Below are positions 1 to 9,246 of a stretch of DNA of 64,000 nt, one piece after another. A program made the translations under genes and the position numbers. Every line of letters starts with the position of its first letter. The first letter of the stretch is position 1. The stretch is from Candidatus Cloacimonadales bacterium (GTDB lineage Bacteria; Cloacimonadota; Cloacimonadia; Cloacimonadales; DAONDQ01), in NCBI GenBank assembly GCA_963662275.1, contig OY759316.1, positions 3,392,001 through 3,456,000 of the forward strand, written 5' to 3'. Below the pieces are notes generated by a model that ran no database searches, had not been told where the DNA came from, and saw only the letters and a list, made by a program, of their open reading frames with translations.

Positions 1-373
1 ACTCATGTTTCAATATATCTTCCCTGGTAATTGTCAGCAGTGCTATTTCCGGGGATTGCTTTTCCAGAGCCCACATCATCCTGGTGAATATGGAGTAGGC
101 ACTCATGGGAATTTTATGAGGGTCATGCTTCAATCCGCGATACATGAGGGTATAGGTTGCCAGGTCAGATTTGTATTCCGGGGACAGCGATTCATAGAGA
201 TGATGCAGATTTGAGCTGATAGCTCCGAAATTACGATTTTCAGGGTAGATTTTTCGTTTGGGTAAATGCTTGGCAATGGTCAATTCGCCATCATTGTACT
301 GACAATAGACAAGATCTTCCGAGCGATCAATGCCCTTGAAAGTCTTGACGTTGTGTTTGAATTTAGGTATCAT
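1..373 (-). CDS. Hypothetical protein, 3' end outside window (MIPKFKHNVKTFKGIDRSEDLVYCQYNDG...)
   Basis: My own translation: open frame from ATG at 373 to the window edge, with GAGGAG RBS upstream; resembles a hypothetical family common in Cloacimonadota. Confidence 0.75.
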   Translation of the reverse strand, partial: MIPKFKHNVKTFKGIDRSEDLVYCQYNDGELTIAKHLPKRKIYPENRNFGAISSNLHHLYESLSPEYKSDLATYTLMYRGLKHDPHKIPMSAYSIFTRMMWALEKQSPEIALLTITREDILKHE

Positions 374-404
374 TTTAACTCCTCTATCATTTCACTTTTA
401 AAAG

Positions 405-855
405 AACCAGAGCATCACCGCAACACCACCGCAGGATTACCGCAGCAGAACCGCTCCTTCCTGCGGTTGTGTTTTGGTTCTGATGAGATTGTGATCTTCT
501 GCTCCATTCCTTATATTCTTTGTTGGTATTAAGGGACGTAAATGTGCACCATATTTGCATTCTTTCCACTATTCTCATAAATCTTCACTCCTAACTCTTC
601 AATCTTAAATTCTGCTCTGAACCTGTTACCTGTTACCTGTCCGCTGTAAACTTCCTTACATATATATATAGGGGGGAGCATTTTACCCAAAACGAGGGAG
701 TATTTGGATTTATTTTTGAAATTTAAAAAATAAACTAATATTCCCCCTTGATGAGGGGGAATACAAGGAGGTCAACTGCTGATCTACGACTGCTCTTCTA
801 CTTCGAACTTCGCACTTCGTCCTTCGAACTTCGAAAGGGGGAGTATTTGAAAATA
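405..855 (-). repeat. Dispersed upstream element (11-bp phased GCGGT motifs, TATATATATATG, AAAT(A/G)CTCCC boxes, heptamer repeats)
   Basis: Blocks similar to 16025-16245, 33330-33745 and 50975-51160. Confidence 0.7.
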
Positions 856-1007
856 GTTGGGAAAAAACGAAAAAAGTTACATTAATAAATGAAAGTCTCA
901 GAGAAATGAAACCTAAGCTCTGGAGTTCAAATGCCCAAAATCTTCGGAAGCGAAGGGGCGAAAGGAATTCGCCCCGCACGCCGATAACAAATCGGCGTTC
1001 CTAACAA

Positions 1008-1373
1008 TTATCTGGTGCAACCTTCTTCATGCGTATGATTGCAGGGAGTAAATTGGGATACTAACTTGTCATTCAGCCAAAGGTTCACAACTTCGGTAAT
1101 AGGCAGTTCCGGAACACCGGCGATCAGCGTAATGCCATTGGCAGCTACGAAATCAATTGCTTTCTGACCAATACCGCCGGCAATCATGAGAGTCACACCC
1201 AATGATTTCAGCCATGGTGGTACTGCTTCATGTCCACCCATGGATGGTGCGATTAGTTCTATCGTATTAACTTCTTTGGTTTCCTGGTATAGATCGATGA
1301 TTGCAAAGAAAGGGGCATGTCCAAAGTGAGGACAAAGTGTCTTGTTTTCATTTGCTGGTATTGCTATTTTCAT
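1008..1373 (-). CDS. NifB/NifX family (FeMo-cofactor-binding domain) protein
   Basis: MKIAIP...LCPHFGHAPFF...GGIGQKA motif; start moved to ATG 1373, which has an AGGAG RBS. Confidence 0.85.
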   Translation of the reverse strand: MKIAIPANENKTLCPHFGHAPFFAIIDLYQETKEVNTIELIAPSMGGHEAVPPWLKSLGVTLMIAGGIGQKAIDFVAANGITLIAGVPELPITEVVNLWLNDKLVSQFTPCNHTHEEGCTR

Positions 1374-1824
1374 TTTTTCTCCTTTTATGACATTTATTGC
1401 ATTGATTACAGTGATTGTAGTAACATTCATTGATTGGCGATATAAGGTTTGACAGGCATTTTGGGCAGGAAGTGATATCTTCGCTTGAAGAGTCGGAGTG
1501 GTAATTACATTTGGGACAATGATACCTCTGTTGCTGAAGCTGGACATTCCCACCTTCGATCACAAGAGAACAGCCTTCCACCAAAGCCGTTGCGAATTTG
1601 ATCCGCGCTTTTTCATAAATACGAGTGAGAGTAGGTCTGGATATCTGCATACGTTGGGAAGCTTCATCCTGTCCGAGATGAAGATAATCCAACAGGCGAA
1701 TGACTTCAAATTCGTCCAATGATAAGGATATCTGCTGCTTGTTATCCGCGCACATCCCAAAAGGATGAAAGCCTTTGATCATAGGCACGAATTCAACGAG
1801 TCTGTTGATACAGTTTCTACCCAT
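1348..1824 (-). CDS. DUF134 HTH protein with C-terminal Cys-rich (CxxC) metal-binding region
   Basis: LSLDEFEVIRLLDY...QDEASQRMQISRPT...KARIKFATALVEG; CPKC twice. Confidence 0.85.
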   Translation of the reverse strand: MGRNCINRLVEFVPMIKGFHPFGMCADNKQQISLSLDEFEVIRLLDYLHLGQDEASQRMQISRPTLTRIYEKARIKFATALVEGCSLVIEGGNVQLQQQRYHCPKCNYHSDSSSEDITSCPKCLSNLISPINECYYNHCNQCNKCHKRRKNENSNTSK

Positions 1825-1837
1825 ATACACTCCCTTA

Positions 1838-1857
1838 TTATGAACATATGTTCATAA
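1838..1857. promoter_or_regulatory. Perfect 20-bp palindrome, candidate operator
   Basis: TTATGAACATATGTTCATAA between the RBS and a TTGACA -35 of the DUF134 gene. Confidence 0.6.
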
Positions 1858-1998
1858 AATAGAATACTTGGCAGATGTCAATTTGTTTTTCATATGATGT
1901 TGGAAGCATACTCTTAAAAACAATCCTTGACACAAATAAAAAACCCATAAGTTTAAGCAATTCATTTAAAATGTTTTCATTCATGGAAGGAGAGCTAA

Positions 1999-3102
1999 AT
2001 GGCAAAAGTGCTTGTGCAGAACCTCAATAAGAAGTATGATAACGGTTTTCATGCAGTTAAAGATGTCAATTTCATTGCAGAAGACAAAGAATTTGTGGTA
2101 CTTGTAGGACCCTCAGGCTGTGGAAAAACGACAACTCTCAGACTCATCGCTGGCTTAGAAGATATCACAACCGGTGACATCTTTATCGGTGATAGGAAAG
2201 TCAATGATGTACCGCCAAAAGATCGTGATATTGCTATGGTCTTCCAGAATTATGCTCTTTATCCTCACATGACTGTTTATAATAATATGGCTTTTGCCTT
2301 GAAATTACGTAAGATGCCCAAAAAAGAGATAGATGAAAAAGTTCAATATGCAGCCAAAATGCTCGGTATTGAATCCATGCTGGATCGTAAGCCGAAACAG
2401 CTTTCCGGTGGACAGAGACAGCGTGTTGCCCTGGGACGTGCCATTGTGCGTAATCCCAAGGTTTTCCTTTTTGATGAACCTCTTTCCAATCTTGATGCCA
2501 AGCTCAGAGTCGCCATGCGTGCTGAGATCGTCAAACTCCATCATCAGCTTGATACAACCATGATTTATGTGACCCATGACCAGGTGGAAGCGATGACCAT
2601 GGCAGACCGTATTGTTGTCATGAAAGATGGTATCCTGCACCAGAACGATACGCCTCTCAATGTTTACAATAATCCGGTAAACCTATTTGTTGCCGGTTTT
2701 ATCGGAAGCCCATCCATCAATACATTCAATGGTAAATTGATTAAAAAAGAAGATGGTATTTATTTTGATGAAGACAGTTTCCAAGTGAAGCTGACACCTG
2801 AACAGACTGTCAAAATAGACAAGTATGTTGGTAAGCCTGTTGTCATGGGTATTCGTCCTGAAGATATTTATGATGCGACCTATTCATCCATGGCTGAGGC
2901 ACCGCAGAATATTACAGCTCTTTGTGATCTTGTTGAACCTATGGGAAATGAATTTATTGTTTTCCTAACGACCCCGAAATCAAAAATCACAGCCCGTTTC
3001 GATCCAAAGAAATTACCTAAAATAAATACAAATCTCGAGATTACTTTCGATATGAAGAAAGCGCATTTCTTTGATTCAGAAACTGAGGTTTGCGTTTTAT
3101 AA
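1999..3102 (+). CDS. Sugar ABC transporter ATP-binding protein (MalK/MsmX/UgpC family)
   Basis: [41 protein letters not shown]-like C-terminus. Confidence 0.95.
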   Translation: MAKVLVQNLNKKYDNGFHAVKDVNFIAEDKEFVVLVGPSGCGKTTTLRLIAGLEDITTGDIFIGDRKVNDVPPKDRDIAMVFQNYALYPHMTVYNNMAFALKLRKMPKKEIDEKVQYAAKMLGIESMLDRKPKQLSGGQRQRVALGRAIVRNPKVFLFDEPLSNLDAKLRVAMRAEIVKLHHQLDTTMIYVTHDQVEAMTMADRIVVMKDGILHQNDTPLNVYNNPVNLFVAGFIGSPSINTFNGKLIKKEDGIYFDEDSFQVKLTPEQTVKIDKYVGKPVVMGIRPEDIYDATYSSMAEAPQNITALCDLVEPMGNEFIVFLTTPKSKITARFDPKKLPKINTNLEITFDMKKAHFFDSETEVCVL

Positions 3103-3157
3103 AAGTAAATAGTTAAAAGTACTTTGGGAGGGTATCATTCACAGATTATGGGTCTGT

Positions 3158-3910
3158 TTGCTTGCTGTTGTATCGACGTTGGGAGCAATTGATCTCAACT
3201 TGCCTTCCGATGCTTCAGCTCTTTCTGCAGCTAATATTACCATTATGAATGATAACCCTTCCACTTTTTTTTCTCTACCTTCTGAAGGTACAACAGGATA
3301 CGAATCTGCTATCACCTATCTCTATTCTGATGCTGATTTACCTCTTTATTCTTTATTTTTTGGACATCCTCTTATGGGAGGAATTGCAGAAGTTGGGAGC
3401 CAGGTACTGGCTCATCCTCTTTACAATGAGAGTCATATTCTAATCAATTATCACATGAATTGGAATGTATTTAATTTTGGCATAAATGAACGGTTTCTTG
3501 ACGCTTCTGTAAAAAACGGTACTCATTCCTCCTCTTTTATAACAGATTGCGGATTGGGATTAAAAGTATCTGATTTTCAAACTTCCATGAGTATACATAA
3601 TATATTTCAAGCTGATTACCAGGATATCCCATTATCTCAACTTTATGTAACTGAAATGATGTATCGTCCTATGGAAAGTACTTCCATTGCACTGGGATGC
3701 GAGAAACAGCAAGGTTATGGTGCAAGCTTTCAACTATCTACTAAATACAAAGTTTCTCCTGCTTTCCAGTTCATTGCAGGTTATCAGTACAATCCGGACA
3801 GATTCAGCGGAGGTCTTGAATTCACTGTGAGACACTGGCAACTGTGCTATGCATTACAAACACATCCTGATTTGGATTTGACCCATGGGATTTCACTTAT
3901 GTATAAATAA
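3158..3910 (+). CDS. Hypothetical outer-membrane beta-barrel-like protein
   Basis: 250-aa ORF with alternating beta pattern and C-terminal HPDLDLTHGISL; start uncertain. Confidence 0.6.
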   Translation: MLAVVSTLGAIDLNLPSDASALSAANITIMNDNPSTFFSLPSEGTTGYESAITYLYSDADLPLYSLFFGHPLMGGIAEVGSQVLAHPLYNESHILINYHMNWNVFNFGINERFLDASVKNGTHSSSFITDCGLGLKVSDFQTSMSIHNIFQADYQDIPLSQLYVTEMMYRPMESTSIALGCEKQQGYGASFQLSTKYKVSPAFQFIAGYQYNPDRFSGGLEFTVRHWQLCYALQTHPDLDLTHGISLMYK

Positions 3911-6083
3911 CGTAAAGCAAGACGCCGTTCTTGCTGAAAACGTGACTACATGCGTAAAGCAAGACGCCGTTCTTGCTGAAAACGTGACTACATGCGTAAA
4001 GCAAGACGCTGTTCTTGCTGAAAACGAGACAACATGCGTAAAGCAAGACGCCGTTATTGCTGAAAACGAGACAACATGCGTAAAGCAAGACACCGTTCTT
4101 GCTGAAAATGAGACAACATGCGTAAAGCAAGACACCGTTCTTGCTGAAAACGAGACTACATGCGTAAAGCAAGACGCTGTTCTTGCTGAAAACGAGACTA
4201 CATGCGTAAAGCAAGACGCCGTTCTTGCTGAAAACGAGACAACATGCGTAAAGCAAGACGCCGTTCTTGCTGAAAACGAGACAACATGCGTAAAGCAAGA
4301 CACCGTTCTTGCTGAAAACGAGACAACATGCGTAAAGCAAGACGCCGTTCTTGCTGAAAACGAGACTACATGCGTAAAGCAAGACGCCGTTCTTGCTGAA
4401 AACGAGACTCTATGTGTGGAGCAGGATTCCAATCCTGCTGGACAAGAGACTACAGTTTCAGTAGGATTGGAATCCTACTCCACACAGATAGCAAGAACGG
4501 CGTCTTGCTTTACAATTCTGATCGGTTTTATTTTTCTCTTCATTTTTACCATGAATTTATCCGCCCAAGACATTGATCTGCCTCCCATCATTTCAGAAAC
4601 AGATACACTCGATCTATCCTACTGGACACAACAGCAGGAAATGGAGGTCTCCTGGGTATCCTGGCTGAATAATGGACGAGATAGATCAATTAAGCCCTCG
4701 ATTCATAATAGAACATCTGCAGGTTGGGCAGAAGAAAAGAGAGATGTTACCTTCTCACAAATCACTACTATGAGTTATGATCATTTGAACACTGGATTAA
4801 ATACGAACATACCCTATGAAAGAAAACTTGAGGAGAATAGCTGGTCTTTTTTTTGTCAAATGAAGAATACGGGATATTGTCGTGACCTGGTTATAGGAGA
4901 TTACCGGATTCGCTGGGGACAAGGTCTGCTTGTCGGGCAGCAGAACCAAAATAGTAATCTTTTCCTTGTTCCACGTAATCAGCTCACAAGGGGAAGTTTC
5001 ATACGGGGAACAGCACTTCAAGCACAAGTTAATATCATGAATTTTCTGGTTATGATGGGCAATAATCCGATGTATGCTAATTTTGAAGACAACCATTTGA
5101 AAAGAATATACAGTACTTCCATAAATCCTGGTTGTAGGTATATATCATCTGGAAATAAAATAAATGGATTTGCACTTCATCTTGGGTCTGCTCACGCTTC
5201 TATGGGCTTTTTGTTAATGAACCTGGCTTTCCAGGATAATTTTACTGATTCTTTATATCAAAGGAAGAACCAGCTAGGCAGTGCAACGTATTCAATTCAA
5301 ACTGGCAGTCTTTCCTTCCAAGGTGAGTATGCTTCCTCCAATCAGTTGGATGCTATGATTCAATCGATCCAATGGGGCAGCAAAGGCTTTCGGCAACAAA
5401 TCGAATATTATCAATCTGATGCATATTTCCCTTCATGGTTACAGGGAAATAGTCTCCATATGCCGAATACATACTGTTCAAATGTAATTCAGTATCAAGT
5501 TTCCAATAACTTAAGTGCAAACTTAGATATGAATGCATCCTTTTTCTATGAAAAGAGAGATGTATTCGGGACAAATAATATCTCAAAGCAAAACTTGAAG
5601 CTTCGCTATCATAATGAAATAAATAATTTACTCATCTCCATTCAAAATCGCTTGCAGCCTTCTTCACAAGCAAACGATTCCACTCTTGTTCATGACACAT
5701 TACCCTTGGATATCATTCAGCTGCAATGGGAACGAAAACTAAATCCTCAATGGTCAATAGGTTTCACGATCCAGGATAAGTACTATCAGACCAATTCCGG
5801 TATCCGAAAACATGGTTTCTATCTCGTGAACAGCTTTGGATGGAATCCAAATTATGTAAAAATACAATTCCAGGTCACAATGCTGCAAACGAAATCATCT
5901 GTCTTTATTCCTGATGATGATGTTGGCATTAATGCCGAACAACAATGGCAGATGGGAGATGATCTATCCTATAGACTTTATATGCAATTCCTGAAACGAA
6001 TACCCTTAAAACTCATTTATAAAGGCTCATTCTGGAAAGGAGGAATGGAACAGGTGTTTGCGGAAATGGAAATAACTTTTTGA
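3885..6083 (+). CDS. Putative outer-membrane protein whose N-terminus is interrupted in frame by a REP array
   Basis: Body has IGDYRIRWGQGL motif; hydrophobic signal-like segment at 4515-4566; true start uncertain (3885 or 4551). Confidence 0.6.
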   Translation: MGFHLCINNVKQDAVLAENVTTCVKQDAVLAENVTTCVKQDAVLAENETTCVKQDAVIAENETTCVKQDTVLAENETTCVKQDTVLAENETTCVKQDAVLAENETTCVKQDAVLAENETTCVKQDAVLAENETTCVKQDTVLAENETTCVKQDAVLAENETTCVKQDAVLAENETLCVEQDSNPAGQETTVSVGLESYSTQIARTASCFTILIGFIFLFIFTMNLSAQDIDLPPIISETDTLDLSYWTQQQEMEVSWVSWLNNGRDRSIKPSIHNRTSAGWAEEKRDVTFSQITTMSYDHLNTGLNTNIPYERKLEENSWSFFCQMKNTGYCRDLVIGDYRIRWGQGLLVGQQNQNSNLFLVPRNQLTRGSFIRGTALQAQVNIMNFLVMMGNNPMYANFEDNHLKRIYSTSINPGCRYISSGNKINGFALHLGSAHASMGFLLMNLAFQDNFTDSLYQRKNQLGSATYSIQTGSLSFQGEYASSNQLDAMIQSIQWGSKGFRQQIEYYQSDAYFPSWLQGNSLHMPNTYCSNVIQYQVSNNLSANLDMNASFFYEKRDVFGTNNISKQNLKLRYHNEINNLLISIQNRLQPSSQANDSTLVHDTLPLDIIQLQWERKLNPQWSIGFTIQDKYYQTNSGIRKHGFYLVNSFGWNPNYVKIQFQVTMLQTKSSVFIPDDDVGINAEQQWQMGDDLSYRLYMQFLKRIPLKLIYKGSFWKGGMEQVFAEMEITF
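3911..4513. repeat. REP-like tandem array: 12 x 42-bp units, then a variant REP and two inverted REPs (A12-B-B'-A')
   Basis: Unit CGTAAAGCAAGACGCCGTTCTTGCTGAAAACGAGACTACATG starts at 3911, 3953 ... 4373; inverted AGCAAGAACGGCGTCTTGCTTTAC at 4490-4513. Confidence 0.95.
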
Positions 6084-6124
6084 CCCCCCTACCCCCCTTG
6101 GGAAGGGGGGTAAGGGGGTCTAAT
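6084..6124. repeat. C/G-run palindromic repeat (CCCCCTACCCCCCTTGGGAAGGGGGGTAAGGGGG)
   Basis: Related copies at 40791-40826 and 40913-40942; weaker ones near 742-772 and 52743-52780. Confidence 0.7.
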
Positions 6125-6196
6125 CATCTTCCAAGTTGACATGAAACATGATTATCCTAATTTCGTAATCTCGTTAAATTAGCAATAGAGGTGTGT

Positions 6197-7003
6197 ATGA
6201 ATAAATCTGTAAAACAGCTCCAAATGGAGTCAAAGATCCTTAAAAGATTAAGTGGGAAACCGAAACAAGTGGCGGAACTAATCTTTGGGAATGAAGAACT
6301 GCAATTGATGCAGGAATATGCCAATGTGGTTTCTATCAAAAGATTGGGATATAATGATCATGGTCCTGTGCACATGCGCAAAGCGACCTATAATAGCATC
6401 AAAATGTTTGAATTACTCCGGGACGCAGGTGTAAAATTCAATTTGGAAGTAGAAGAAAGCGGTTCTGTAGATGACAGTATGGTATGCGTCATTATGGGTT
6501 CGATGCTGCATGACATTGGCATGTCGATTACTCGTGAAAGTCATGAACTATTAAGTATTCAACTAGCTGAACCGTATATCAATGCTATCATGGAACAAAT
6601 CTATACAAAGGAAGAATTACAAACGAAGATCGCTGTACGTTCTACTGTTTTGGAAAGCATCTTTGGTCATATGGCAACTCATGCAATTCATTCTTTAGAA
6701 GCAGGTCTTGTGCTTATTGGTGATGGCTCTGACATGGAAAGAGGAAGAGCAAGAATACCTTCCCTGTTAAATCTAACTCCAAAGGTTGGAGATATTCATC
6801 GGTATTCATCTTCTGCCATCCTGAAAGTGAAGATATCCAAAGGGGATGAAAAGCCCATCCGTATTGAAGTCGTCATGAGTGCATCAGTAGGCTTCTTCCA
6901 GATTGAAGAAGTATTCTTTCCAAAGATCAAATCCAGTCCTGTCAGACCCTACATCGAATTATACGCTGGTGTGGAAGATCGGGAAGTCCTTCGTTATTTA
7001 TAA
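6197..7003 (+). CDS. HD-superfamily metal-dependent phosphohydrolase
   Basis: YNDHGPVH, MLHDIG, GHM and DGSDM motifs. Confidence 0.85.
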   Translation: MNKSVKQLQMESKILKRLSGKPKQVAELIFGNEELQLMQEYANVVSIKRLGYNDHGPVHMRKATYNSIKMFELLRDAGVKFNLEVEESGSVDDSMVCVIMGSMLHDIGMSITRESHELLSIQLAEPYINAIMEQIYTKEELQTKIAVRSTVLESIFGHMATHAIHSLEAGLVLIGDGSDMERGRARIPSLLNLTPKVGDIHRYSSSAILKVKISKGDEKPIRIEVVMSASVGFFQIEEVFFPKIKSSPVRPYIELYAGVEDREVLRYL

Positions 7004-7008
7004 ATGAT

Positions 7009-8241
7009 ATGTTGAAAGAAAAAGCAAAGAAACTGGTCAATTTCCTTGGTTTGAAGCAAAGCTTAGTTGCTTTGCTAACAATGGTCATTTTTGTGGGACT
7101 TGGGGAGCGGATGGCAGAACGATTTCTGCCAATCTACATCCTAGCTCTCGTAGGAATGTCCGCAAAGGGTGATTGGATCATTGGTTTGCTAAATGGAACC
7201 ACTAATTTACTGAATGCACTTTATTCTTTTCCGGGTGGTTATTTATCTGATAAATTAGGTTACAAAAAAGCTTTGCTAGTCTTTAATCTCATTGCCATGT
7301 TTGGATATCTGATTGTTATTATATTTCCCTATTGGCAAGCTGTCATTATCGGGTCTGTATTCTTTCTCTCCTGGACTGCTATTTCCCTGCCTGCATCCAT
7401 GAGTCTGGTTTCCTCAAGCCTACCTAAAAATAAAAGAACGATGGGTGTCTCTATGCACTCTTTTGTTCGGAAGATTCCGATGGCAGTAGGTCCGATTATT
7501 GGTGGTGTCTTAATTCATTATTATGGAGAAAAGACAGGTGTAAGATTAGCCTTTTGTGTAGCTTTTATTATGGGGTTCGTATCAATCTTTGTTCAGCAGT
7601 ATTTTATCAAGGAAGATCCCGTTAAAAAGGCAGCAGAAAAGAATCCTTTTGCTTTATTCAAATATATGGATAAGAATCTGAAGAATCTCTTAATCTCTGA
7701 TATCCTGATTCGTTTTTGTGAACAGATACCTTATGCGTTCGTTGTGGTGTGGGTGATGAAGCTTCATAACATAACATCCGTTCAGTTTGGTGTGCTTACC
7801 GCAGTAGAAATGGTGACTTCCATGGCTATTTATATTCCTGTAGCTTATCTTGCTGATAAAAGTTCAAAAAAGCCGTATGTAGTAATTACATTCATAATTT
7901 TTACCTTATTCCCCCTCTTTTTAATTTATTGTAAAACATTCGTCTTTCTGATCTTTGCCTTTATTCTCAGGGGTCTGAAAGAATTTGGAGAACCCACACG
8001 AAAAGCCTTGATTATGGACTTAGCTCCTGAAGACAAGAAAGCCGGCATGTTTGGATTGTATTATCTGATTCGTGATATATTGGTGTCAGTTGCTGCCTTT
8101 GGTGGTGCCTGGTTTTGGATTATCAAACCCGAATTGAATTTCATTATCGCATTCCTTTTCGGAGTTGCCGGTACACTCTATTTCCAGATATTTGGTAAGG
8201 ACTTGACGTCTTTCAGACATTATGAAAATGAAATAACATAA
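7009..8241 (+). CDS. MFS transporter
   Basis: About 12 hydrophobic segments; GYLSDKLGYKK motif A. Confidence 0.9.
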   Translation: MLKEKAKKLVNFLGLKQSLVALLTMVIFVGLGERMAERFLPIYILALVGMSAKGDWIIGLLNGTTNLLNALYSFPGGYLSDKLGYKKALLVFNLIAMFGYLIVIIFPYWQAVIIGSVFFLSWTAISLPASMSLVSSSLPKNKRTMGVSMHSFVRKIPMAVGPIIGGVLIHYYGEKTGVRLAFCVAFIMGFVSIFVQQYFIKEDPVKKAAEKNPFALFKYMDKNLKNLLISDILIRFCEQIPYAFVVVWVMKLHNITSVQFGVLTAVEMVTSMAIYIPVAYLADKSSKKPYVVITFIIFTLFPLFLIYCKTFVFLIFAFILRGLKEFGEPTRKALIMDLAPEDKKAGMFGLYYLIRDILVSVAAFGGAWFWIIKPELNFIIAFLFGVAGTLYFQIFGKDLTSFRHYENEIT

Positions 8242-8269
8242 TAAATCAGAAAATTGAGGAGGTTTCCAA

Positions 8270-9160
8270 ATGAAAACAGCCAAACTGATTATAGTCGCTC
8301 TAATGATGTTGCTTTGCCTGGTATCTATTCTGCAAGCGAAAGTGAACGTTAATGTAACTCCTAGTAAACTGGATTTGAATAATCCTGATCAGTATCTTGA
8401 TGCTTTCATGAAAACCAGGGGTTCTCTTGACGGTACACCTGTCGTGTATCATTGGACGGGTGAAGTATATAGCTTCATACCAGGTCAGGCAAAGAAGAGC
8501 CTGTTTCGTTTTGAAGGTTTCAATATTGCTAAAACGAATAAAGTTGAAGGCGGTTATGAGCTTCTAACACGTGAAGCTGCTTTCTATGAAGATTTGAAAA
8601 CAGGAGAGATTATCGAAACCTGGAATAATCCTTTCACTCAAAAAGACGTGAATGTGGTACAGATATGGAATGATCCAGTAAACCAGGATATCTCATTCCC
8701 TCCGGAATACAAATCATATATGAAGAAAATACTGCCATCAGAAGATCTTGGTGATATGATGGTCTTCTATATGGATATTTTTCCCTTCTATGATTCACCA
8801 TTACCGCGAGCTAAGTATCCTCAATATTCACAAAATGACAAATATCAAGCAGCAGAGCTATTCCAGTTCTTTGTTAATAAATCTGATGTTCTTGACCTGA
8901 AGACAGCTTCTGCACCCGCATATATCAGTTGGACGAGGTTCAGTCCCTGGATGCCTTTCATGGAAATGGGTGATGCCCCAGGTAATCTTATGTTTGTATG
9001 CAGGGGTAAGAAATTAGAGAATGGATTTAATGATATGCCATTCAAAATAAAAGAATATGTGAAGGCAAAGCATCCGGAATATATGAATCCACCGGATACT
9101 TTTACAGAACCGAATGAGACAAGTTGGACATATTTTAAAAAGTTAATTGATCAAAAGTAA
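8270..9160 (+). CDS. Secreted DUF1838-family protein
   Basis: Signal peptide; YHWTGEVY, LFRFEGFN, NDPVN, WTRFSPWMPFM. Confidence 0.75.
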   Translation: MKTAKLIIVALMMLLCLVSILQAKVNVNVTPSKLDLNNPDQYLDAFMKTRGSLDGTPVVYHWTGEVYSFIPGQAKKSLFRFEGFNIAKTNKVEGGYELLTREAAFYEDLKTGEIIETWNNPFTQKDVNVVQIWNDPVNQDISFPPEYKSYMKKILPSEDLGDMMVFYMDIFPFYDSPLPRAKYPQYSQNDKYQAAELFQFFVNKSDVLDLKTASAPAYISWTRFSPWMPFMEMGDAPGNLMFVCRGKKLENGFNDMPFKIKEYVKAKHPEYMNPPDTFTEPNETSWTYFKKLIDQK

Positions 9161-9184
9161 ACATAGATATCTTTTCAGATATAC

Positions 9185-9211
9185 AAAACCCCGAGTCATC
9201 TCGGGGTTTTT
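9185..9211. terminator. Bidirectional rho-independent terminator
   Basis: AAAACCCCGAG-TCAT-CTCGGGGTTTTT between convergent genes. Confidence 0.85.
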
Positions 9212-9246
9212 CAATATCCAAGGAATTGCTTTGAAAGCAATATAAA

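Noticed and set aside
1374..1553. N-terminal extension of the 181-aa ORF
   Set aside because: Overlaps DUF134; the family motif and RBS point to ATG 1373
3911..4414. 42-bp array as a second CRISPR array
   Set aside because: The inter-palindrome segments are nearly identical rather than unique spacers, and the same palindromes occur as isolated REPs at 51891
3893..4432. Minus-strand repeat ORFs (179 and 161 aa)
   Set aside because: Produced by the 42-bp periodicity; no RBS or domain
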